Origin: Vicugna vicugna
Taxonomy: Eukaryota
DNA length: 64,000 nucleotides
Assembly: GCA_013265495.1 (NCBI GenBank)
Contig: MU058198.1
Span: forward strand, 3,174,419 to 3,238,418
Direction: 5' to 3'
Shown: one piece after another, positions 53,590 through 64,000 of the stretch
How the letters are laid out: each line of letters opens with the position of its first letter
Numbering within the stretch: position 1 is the stretch's first letter
The notes under the pieces: generated by a model
What the model was told of the DNA's origin: nothing
What the model saw: only the letters and a program-made list of their open reading frames with translations
The model's database searches: none
Position numbers and translations under genes: made by a program

Positions 53590-56500
53590 TTAAAGAAATG
53601 GAGATGTCCTTCATCCTTTACAAGGGTGCTGGGCCTCAGGGGCACAATAAACACCAGTTGTTTTTATTTCCTATTTAACACTCACTCTAACAGAATATTC
53701 CATCCTCCTAATATGATGCCCAGCCTACAAGGGGGCTGTCAATTCACTACAGTCTGGAATACTGTGTCCTTTCTTCGGAGAGCTTTCTTGCTATATGAGC
53801 ATCACTGTTTGGAACAGTCAGAGCCAGGGGGAGCCACGGGGAGCCACCAGCTCCAGCCATCGTCACAGAGGTGTCAGACACGGCAGTGGGACAGCTGGAC
53901 CCCGGAGAACAGTGACGGCAGCTGCAGGACCTCACCATCGCGCACGCCGGGCCCGTGTGCTGTCTGCGTTCATGGACACTGTAAAGCTGACTTCTCTGGT
54001 TTAGAGAGATCTATTGAGAGAAGCTGGCGCTTTCCAGAGGAAGAATGCCTTGAGGAGGTTCTATGGAATGATCAACTTCTAGTGCTGCTGGGGGAGTGGA
54101 GTCTCTGTCTCCAACAAGGACGACCTCCCCTGACAGATGCTGAAAATCTTCATTCTGTTTCTCCTCAGCCCAACTTCACCACTCAGCCTATGCATTTGTA
54201 TGTGTATAGAATTATGTGAAGCTATGTAGCCAGGAGATGAGGCGTTGCAGTACATCCCAAGTGTGCCCAATTCCCCAGCCCCTCCTGAACAGTAATTTCT
54301 TACGGAAAAAAAAAATCACTGTTAGGTACTCGCTTTTTCAAACACAAATCTCATATGTGTTTGTCCAGGAATGCTTGTACTTACAAACCAGCCCTGGGGA
54401 CAGGACCTTCATCACAAGCAGCCACCTGCCTCTGCCACTCAGGTCAAGTTACAGTCTTCCCTGTTGCTTGAGCCTACAGGTCATTTTGGATGGGTCTTTT
54501 ATCTGTGAAACCAGGGCCTGCCCCTGCCATGGCCTTACTTCCAAGTCTTCCTTATTTCTGGTCTGGATCACAGCGGCCTTCCCTTCCTCTGGTCCTTCCA
54601 CGCTCCACTCAGTCTGTCCTTCTACGGGGTTAATGGCATGATCGTTCCAAAAGGCAAAGCTGATTTTGTCTTTTGCCCAAAGATCACTCAGTACTAGAAG
54701 TTGACCGTGAAAACACCTAGGCATGGCACCCAGAGCCCTCCATCGCTGGAGCCCCTGCATCCGTACAAAATTCCTGCCACCATGCCAACCATCCCCACCT
54801 AGCCCTGCAGGCCTTGTTCACATGTTCCCTTGATCTGAAATGCCCGTCTTGGTCCACCTGGGAAAATCCTAATCCTTCTGCAAGCACCAGTCCCAGGGGC
54901 GCCCCCTCTGCCCAGTCTTTCCCGCCAGGAACTCAGTCTTCGGATCTCACCAGCCTCTCACCTCTCTTACAGACTTATCACATGTTGTCCCATTTCTCTG
55001 CCACTAGATGGTGAGGCTGAAACACAGAGAGCTCGTCATCTCTGAATTCCTAGCACCTACCACGGTGCCTGAGACGTGGCAGGTGCTTCTTAATTATTCT
55101 CTGAATAAGAGGGGACCCTGGGTTTGGTGAGGAGGAAGGTGAGAGCCAAGCTTTCGTCTCCGCCCTCCGAGAAGTCAGCTGTCCTCCTCGGGGTTACTAC
55201 AACGGGTGCCTCAGTCTCGGGAAAGTGGCATCAGTCTTCAGTTGAAGAAAATAGTTGTTGGGAATGTTCTGAGTATTAAAGATTACAGTTTAAAATGTCA
55301 GAGTGGTATGCTCTACAATAAAAACCAAATCTGACTACTTTTTACATGTTGGAACATATATAGCTCCAACCCCAAGGAACTAATGACATTTTCCCCTAGA
55401 CTCCTCTTCATCCAGACAGTCACCGTTCAATGATCTAATCACTAACATCTTCTTTCCTGCTATATTTATTTCCTAACATTGTGAACTAAACCATGCTGAA
55501 ATGGACACTTGGTTTCCTCATTCATTAAGACACATTTTCTCATCATTGTAATGCGCTCCAAGCTAGGTCTTGGGGATACCAGATGACTAAACACAGAGCT
55601 TGCCCTCAAGAAGCTCAGAGATTAATGGGATTAATGAGTCTTTAATTAACGTAGTAAGTTCGCGCAGAAGAGGGAGGGCCTGACATTACAATACCATCCA
55701 CTTCCTCGATTCACTTCCTTTTCTTGAAAAGCTGTTGCCCACTCCTCAGCCATGGAAACTTATACATTTATTTTGGATTCCCCACATCTGACTGTCCCAC
55801 TGAACTGGCCCCCTAAGACTTTGTCCTAGTGGCAATACCACTATTCCCAAAGCCAGTGATGGGCACCATAAAAGTACAGAGGAGCCACGGCAATCTCCCT
55901 GTATCTCACCCAACTTGCCCAGAACAAGAGAAGTCCCTGGGGTGACACCCAACTTGACCTTGCTTTACTCAGCCCATAAATCACAAAATGATCCCTGTCA
56001 GCAGGCAGGTGATCTTAAAAGCCCAGTAGCCAATGTCATTCTTGTCGCTGAAGTAATCTGCGGTGTTTCGAGCTGTTGCCTCTGCGACCCAAGGGGAGTG
56101 GTCCTTAGTGGAGGTCTGGGTTCGACAGGTGAAATTGACAGGGAGATAAGATAAGCTTTATAGGCAGCGGCCACACGCATGGGCTCCCTGATGGGAACAC
56201 AGATGGTGGCTGTTAAGTCTTTTCCCTTTCCAGACACAGTGCTTCCAGAATGACGCCACCTCTTAAAACAGCTTCCTTGGCTACGCCCAATTTATTCTCA
56301 TCTCACGCCAAGGCTCAGGCCAGGTTCTCAGCCTCTCTGGGCTGCAAACGCAGGTAGAGGGACTCAGCCTGCATCTATCATGTCACCGGTCATCTTCTCA
56401 ACCAGATCTTTCCTTTCCCCTTAGAGTGTAATTTTCATTTTCATTGAAGGAGTAAGGCGAGTCTGTCTGTATGTTCTGCTTATGGAAAGACATCTGATAC

Positions 56501-58113
56501 CTAAGCGGAGAAACCCAAGTCTGAGCACAGACACTGATCTGTGAGGAAGGATGATGTGGGGGTGACACACGTGCTCTGGATGCCTCCGCTGACGTCCAGG
56601 TTCAAATCACTGCCTCTCAGTTGCACTGCCTCAGACACAGCTATTTTCACAAATAATTTCTTTTACCTAAAAAGTTATTACCTGTGCCTCAAGGTCCCTT
56701 CATGTGTAAAAATGGGGGTAAGGGTAGTATCTACCTCTCTGGACCCCCTGGGAGTACCAATGAGTTAAGTCATGTAAAGTCCTTAATGTCAGGGTTCAAT
56801 AAATGTGACTGGGGGTTGGGGGTGCTGTTAATGTTTCTTCCGAAGAATTTTTAGGGTGAGTAGACTTTCCGTTTTTACTTTGTACACCTGCAAATTTTAA
56901 TGTTTGCAATGAGCTGGGCCCAGGCTGTAATTACCACTGTAATTAATAAAATAATAAGCTACATGCCTTTCTTTCAAATACGTAAATGTCAAATTCTCAG
57001 AGTTTCTTAGGGGCCCTTTGTGAACCCAGACCTACTCACCCCTCCACCACAGGGTCCTCTCACCACACATCTGTGTGCGTGAGTGTATGCGTGCGTACGT
57101 GCATGCGTGTGTACGCATGCACGTGTGTGTGAACATGGGCACGCATGTGTGTGTGGGAGTAGGGAGGGAGGAAGGGGGCATCTAAGATATTATTTACACA
57201 CATTCCACCGTGTGCCTGTGGAGCTCTGGTTTTATTCATTCCAAGAAGTCACATGATTTCTGTTACGAAGAGCAACAGCTGCCCGTTCTACCCCGCGGCA
57301 AGACCCTCCCCCTAATGGGAACCATCGTGAAAAATCTCGGGAATTGAAGGCAGTCCGTGGGTTCAGAAATGAAGGAAGACAAAAAAGGGTGAGAAGAAGA
57401 AACGGCCAACTCAGAGCTCTGACCCCCGCAGCCAGTCTGACCTCCGGCCGCAGCAGCTCAGCCCTACCTCCTACCCGGACCAGGGGCCTCAGCTTTCATT
57501 TCACTTTGTACCAGGGCCAGAAATTCCCTCCTGCAGAGACGACTTTAGGACAACAAAGACTGATCCAAGAAAGAGGAGAAGGGACTGGTGCTAGGCCCTC
57601 ACCCCACCGTCTCAAACAGACTTCTTCCCCTGAACTCCTGTAGAATGGAGAAGTCCACTGCACCAAGGCAATGGGAGATTATTACACTTAAAGGAAGAAA
57701 GGACACGTGGGAAGCTGAAGCCCTTTGAGGGGAGAAGTGGTCTGAATGGGGCTCCCTACTTCAGGTAGGGATCAGGACAGAGAAAGGGCGCAGAAGGGAC
57801 TTTTCCTAGGCCTGGTCCCAGAAATCCTTTGACACACACCCCTTGGGTAGCAGAGAATTCTGCTGCAGAACCCAGAAGGCGGGCTGGCTGGGATAATCTG
57901 GATTCTGTGGGCTGGCCCAGGGGACTTCACCACCACTTACAACACCATTTCTATGGGGAAATGTATTCTGACTCCCAATAACTGACTTACAAACATGTAG
58001 TGGGAACCTAGCTGGAATCTAGCCTGTCCTGGAGACAAACTTCCATATCTAACCAATTATGTGTCTGTTGTCAAGTAGATCAGAGCCTTGCTCTGTTCAG
58101 GTGCTCAGATAAA

Positions 58114-58239
58114 TTTTTTTCTCTTTTTTTGTAGAGGGAGGAAGTAATTAGGTTTATTTTTAAAGGAGGTACTGGAGATTGAACCCAGGACCTCGTGCAT
58201 GCTAAACACGCACTCTACCACTTGAGCTGTACCCTCCCC
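58114..58239 (-). mobile_element. tRNA-Ala-derived SINE (Vic-1-like)
   Basis: gaggtactggagattgaacccaggacctcgtgcatgctaa...ctctaccacttgagctgtaccctcccc. Confidence 0.88.
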
Positions 58240-58383
58240 GCTGGATAAATGTTGAATGATGACAATACTGACACCTCATATCCCAGGTACAGAGAATCCT
58301 CGAGTGTCGTGGTGTCAGGCTATGCTGGGTATCCTATCACGTTCTTCCCCAACAGCCAGGGACCCGCCCACAGTCCTCTCCTA

Positions 58384-58518
<135 letters not shown>

Positions 58519-60369
58519 TCATTCATAAAAATTCTAACTATTCACCCCTTTTGCTGGAGTGCTGGGTTCTGGAAAGCAGTTTAACCATTTGATGGCCTGC
58601 CTAAAATGTTTCATTAATTAGTAATTCCTGGAAAAGGTGAATGCTGGTGCCTTCCAATACTGTCCTGTCACGGGCCTCTCTGCTATGAACCACAACTCTA
58701 CACGACATGATCTCACGTAGTTTTACATTTCCAAAAATCCTGAGGCTGCTTTTGGGCTTTGCCCATAAGAAAATGAGTTGGAAATACTTTGTATCTAAAA
58801 TTTGAAAAACGAAAATTCATTACTTAACATTTGTGAGAGCCTGCTATTTGCCAGGCATACAAAGGAAACCTGTTTTGATATTAGAATTAGCATTTCTCTC
58901 TGGTCACTTTAAAGGCAGATGAAGATTAATCCATTTTGTTTCTCAGAGATAAGCCTGAATGATCAACATTTCTGAATTTAATAATCCTTTAATTTTCAAG
59001 AAATTTTATGCTGACCTCAAACTCCAGCTACTGAGTCCTTCAACACCAAACTGTAATGTCAGGACAAATCCAAGGATTAAAAACATCTTAGGTCTAGTTA
59101 ACTTTTAACTTTCTCTAAAAGTGCCTAGCATCACCAGGGTATCTAGGCATTCCATCATAAGAAAGGTTTATGAGAAAGTGAAATATTCCACTCACCTCGG
59201 GTGTAACAGAGCAACCTGGTGCATAATATTTTCTGGTATACTAAGCCACCACAGCTGATAAGGGGTATTAGCATCTAGAACATTAGATTTCATCAGAAAA
59301 ATAAAAGCCCAGATCGGAGCCCACGAGGAGATACTCCAAACAGCCCCAGGAGGTCCTGGATTTACGCTGATTAAAGCCAACCTTTGGAGGGCCTGGACCT
59401 GCCCTGCCGTGGGCCCGGACCTGCCCTGCCGTGGGCCCCCGCACTGAGACCTACACGGGCGGCGGGCACCCTGCACGCAACACGCAGGCCAGGGGTCAGG
59501 CAAGAACTGCAAGTGGGGAAGAAGCCTTTTCAGAATGTATACCGGTGAAGAATGGTTGTAAGGAAAAGAAACTTCCAGACTGCTTTGTACCTCAGGTCGA
59601 TGGTATACTTTTGTCAGACCACGCAGGAGTGGAAGAACCATGGCACAACAGAGAACACACCCTTAGTCAACCGGGGGCTTCGGCCACCCGCTCCCCAGGG
59701 ACCGTGGCCTTGGGAGGACACGGGCCCAGTGCTTCCAGAGCTTCTGATTTTTACGTGATGTTGGAAAGCAGGGTTATGATCAATCTGGCTTCTACGTGTT
59801 GGCAACTAATCCAGATTTTGTTAAATGCTATGATCAAACAAAACCTGTCGTTGGTCAGATCCGGCCACAGGCCGGCAGTCTGCACTCTCTGGCTAGACAC
59901 ATCAGGACCAAACTCCTCAGGCCCCTTGCCAATGACACTCCCACCAGACCTCAGGGCTTAGGGCAACAGAGTGTCTACCTAGTGGCCCACAGAAATAGGA
60001 TCCAATCAGCTGTGGGTTTTCTAAAATAAAAGTTCTAACTTATTTTAGGTCTGTAAAAATACAGGCTAAAAGAAAAAACAAATCTCAAACCAAATATAAA
60101 AAATTTACATCCCTGAAGGAAATGAGTTCATAAAGGACTTTTTAAAATATTTTAAGAGCAAGAGGTGTCTTTTTTGGTGTTTGGTTTGGTCTTTTGTTTA
60201 TTGGCTTGTTTTCAGAGTCTAAAGTATTTGCTTAAAAAAAAAAGCCAGTGAAAGAGAAAAACAAAGAGAATCCCTTCAAAAAAACCCACACTTACCATTT
60301 TTATATATTATATTATGCATGTTTATGCTTAGTACATTAGGCACACGCTTAATTATAGGCCCCACTTTA

Positions 60370-60603
<234 letters not shown>

Positions 60604-60677
60604 CTACTGAGGGCTGGCTCTACTTATAAGCTCTGACCACAAAAAGGCCTGTCTTTCCCACCAGGCAGAGCAGCTTT

Positions 60678-61407
60678 TTTTTTTTTTTAACGTTTTTTTA
60701 TTGAGTTACAGTCATTTTACAATATTGTGTCAAATTCCAGTGTAAAGCACAATTTTTCAGTTATACATGAACATACATATCTTCATTGTCACATTTTTAA
60801 TTTTTCACTGTGAGCTACCACAAAATCTTGTATATATTTCCCTGTGCTATACAGTATAATCTTGTTTATCAATTCAACATTTTGAAATCCCAGTCTGTCC
60901 TTTCTCACCCCCTGCCCCCTTGGCAACCACAAGTTTGTATTCTATGTCTGTGAGTCTGTTTCTGTTTTGTTCGTTTGTTTTTAGATTCCACATATGTGCG
61001 ATCTCATGTGGTATTTTTCTTTCTCTTTCTGGCTTACTTCACTTAGAATGACATTCTCAGGAACATCCATGTTGCTGCAAATGGCATTATATTGTCAGGT
61101 TTTATGGCTGAATAGTATTCCATTGTATAAATACACCACATCTTCTTCATTCCAGTCCTCTGTTGATGGACATCTAGGTTGTTTCCATGTCTTGTCTATT
61201 GTAAATAGTGCTGCTATGAATGCTGGGGTGCAGGTGTCATTTTGAAGTAGGGTTCCTTCTGGATATATGCCCAGGAGCGGGATTCCTGGGTCATATGGTA
61301 AGTCTATTCCTAGTCTTTTGATGAATCTCCATACTGTTTTCCACAGTGGCTGCACCAAACTGCATTCCCACCAGCAGTACAGGAGGGTTCCCTTTTCTCC
61401 ACAGCCG
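60678..61407 (-). mobile_element. 5'-truncated young L1 (ORF2 end + 3'UTR + polyA) with 14-bp TSD
   Basis: TSD ggcagagcagcttt at 60664-60677 and 61408-61421; encodes [11 protein letters not shown]...[13 protein letters not shown]...WKQPRCPS. Confidence 0.92.
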
Positions 61408-62147
61408 GGCAGAGCAGCTTTAAGGGGAAGAGGACAGCCAGCGAGACCAAGACTCCGTGACCAACCAGGTGAGAGAGGATGCTGGTAAATTACCCCTTCC
61501 TCCTAACTGACACATTTCTTTGGAAGCTGATTCAAAGAACTGCTTTAAAACATCACGGTCCCACTGTAATCCCTGACTGTCACCTGGCATGCTATAAGGC
61601 AGTTCACTGACATCCCAGGCACCTGTGCCACATTCAGATTCCTGAATTTGGATTAAACAGCTGAGCTCCATGGCGGGCCAGAGCCTGACTTTAATGATGC
61701 AGGAGCATGAAACTGGATTCAAAACTGAAAACCCTGCCTCACATCCTGTGTTCCTTGCTCCCACCTACACCACATACTTTCCTTTGTAGCACCCAACACA
61801 AGTATAACTAAATAGCTTACTTAATGTGTGTGTTTAATGTTTATTGCTGTCGCTAGACTAGAAGCTCTGGGAGAACAGGACTGTCCCTCTGCAGCTCACA
61901 CCATATCCCCAGGAACTAGCACGGGGCTGACGTAATGAATGAAAGACCTGCACTGCAGTCTTGAGCAAGTACCTAGGTGTCTTCGGGCATGTTTCCTCAT
62001 CTTAAAATGGACTTGATGATGTCTTGTGCATTGCCTCACATAGCTGTCATGATGACAAAATAAAGTAAATGAAATAATACACACGAAAGTTCCCTAAAGA
62101 GTATAAAATGAAAGCTGATGTGCCGTGGTATTGTTTTCAAGGATGTA

Positions 62148-62486
62148 CAGTGGTCCCTTAGCATCTGTGAGGGGCTGATTTCAGGACACCCTTTTCTCCC
62201 TCCCCTGCGGCCAAGGTTATCAAAATCTGTGGATGCTCAAGTTCTTTATATACAAATGGCACAGTATTTACGTATAACCTATGAACATCCTCCCATGTAC
62301 TTTAAATCATCTCTGGATGATTTATAATACCTAATACAATGCAAATGCTATGTAAATGGTTGCCAGCATGCGGCAAACTCAAGTTTTGCTTTGTGGAACT
62401 TTCTGGAATTTTTTTTTCTTGAATATTTTCGATCCATGGTTGGTTGACTCAGCAGATGTGGAAACTTGGATACAGAGGGCCAACTG
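62148..62486 (+). mobile_element. MER2-like (Tigger family) DNA transposon, full length, TA target duplication
   Basis: ta|CAGTGGTCCCT...caaaatctgtggatgctcaagt...gatacagagggccaaCTG|ta. Confidence 0.85.
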
Positions 62487-64000
62487 TATAGTTCCTGGAA
62501 CATGAATGCACGAGCACATGTCCTTGGGAGAGGGTGGCAAGGACAGAGGTGGGTGGTCATGTGCTCTAGAGGCCAAGAGGCTCCCTAAAACCCATGACAC
62601 TGGCACACATGCCAAGTCTCACCTCTCGCCCTGCCCAAACCATGAGCCATAGTGAGGACAGTGGAATGTGATGACCAGGGCGCAGCCAAGCAGAGTGAGT
62701 CTGAGTGGTGCCGAGAAAGGCCACCCAAAGGAGCAGGCGGAGGGACGTGCTGCAGTCCGCTCCACGGAGGGCAGACGCTGCTGCTGCTCCCCCCCTGCAG
62801 GCCTTAAGCTTTAAAGTTGACAAGCTACACAGCCAAAATGCCACCAAGGCGCCCTCCCTTCGCACCTAGAGAGGTGACAGCTTTCCTGGGGAATCAGTCC
62901 CTGGGGGACTCCAGGACACACTGGCAGGGGACTGAGGAGGAACACAATTGTGGTTTAGCTGTAGAAAGGTACATAGCTGTGTCACCACCCTGCAACCATG
63001 ACAAAGACGAGACGATGTATCCACCATCCAACGCTGCACGTGCTCTGCAGAAGCCCCTGCGACAGAGTCCCCGGGACGGTGAGCAGGCCGCAGAGCACCG
63101 GCGGGGGCGGGGGGGACTGTTCAACTACAGTGTGGCTGGCATGTGACGTGTGTATCACATCATGTCTTTATCATGTTTGTCCCCAAACCTTCCAATTCTC
63201 TCTCACAATAAAGTGTCTCTACCACGTGAGACCCGCTGCGTTAGGTGCTTTAATTACATGCTTTTACTCGATACCCACATCCACCATGGTCAGGAGATAC
63301 TGTCACCAGCAGTTCACCCAAATAAAAGACACTGAGACTCAAAGAGGGGCACTAACCCATCCCAAGACCCCAGCTGGTAAGTGGCAGAGGCAGGATCTGA
63401 GCTAGAGGGGCTCTGACTCCTGGCCCAGGCTCCCGTCACAGCCGTGAAGCCCCTCACTCTGACACCTTGGCTGCGCTGTGCTCTGTGGCTCCACCCACTT
63501 CCAGTTAGGTCAGCCTCCTCCTGTCCCCTCTGCATCCTCCACCCTCCTCCCCCTGTCTTCCTGAACGCCATCCGCGAAGCCTCCCCACTCCTGAGCGAGG
63601 TCCCACTTGAACCCTGTGCGATTTAGCATCACCCTGATTTCCCTCGACTAGTTTTATAAACATCAGCTGTTTTGGTAGCTTCATGATCTACCTTCCCTTT
63701 CAGGGAGGGTGATCTGGTTTCACCAAATACCCTTCTGCACAGTTTGAATTTTTAATGTCTTTTTTAATTGCTTTTTAAAACTAAGTAATTAAAGCAACCA
63801 AAGGACTAAAAGTGAAAAAAAACAGACAAGAGCTGGGAGGTGCAGGGACCAGGGAGAGGATCAGCCTCGAGGAAGCTCAGCTCCTCACTTTTCAGAGCTG
63901 GGAGTCAAGACATAGCAGTGAAATGTGATAAACAAAGATCTTCTTTAAAGTCTAGAAAGAAGAATGAGAAGACTAAAAGCAAAATGTTTAAAACCTGTGA

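Overview
Mammalian (eukaryotic, intron-rich) genomic DNA. It is most likely a camelid, inferred from many copies of a tRNA-Ala-derived SINE resembling camelid Vic-1. The window holds two convergent genes. (1) SCNN1B (epithelial Na+ channel beta subunit), + strand: the complete CDS in 12 coding exons, join(8056..8366,10745..11021,13100..13290,22340..22443,24287..24450,24726..24833,27131..27248,27795..27870,27945..28002,28648..28709,29869..29944,30196..30576) = 1926 nt / 641 aa, all introns GT-AG. The non-coding exon 1 and promoter are not identifiable here. (2) The last 8 coding exons of COG7 (exons 10-17 by human numbering), - strand, 60487 down to the stop at 36548; the 5' part lies beyond the window. 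The rest is intronic/intergenic DNA with L1 fragments, SINEs, MLT LTRs, DNA transposons (MER2, MER53, MER20, MER58-like), scattered MIR/L2-like remnants and microsatellites. Nearly all ORFs in the supplied track are spurious. I found no convincing novel multi-gene system. Best leads: beta-ENaC carries Ser at the position of human G589 (the human G589S variant) and has lost an N-glycosylation sequon; an intact solo ERV LTR splits a MER53 and puts a canonical AATAAA just downstream of SCNN1B's weak AGTAAA signal; a microsatellite plus its unique flank is duplicated 2.8 kb apart; a 74-nt G-quadruplex-type intron; and a candidate in-frame 21-nt COG7 micro-exon. Orthologue comparisons and repeat family names are from memory and need checking.
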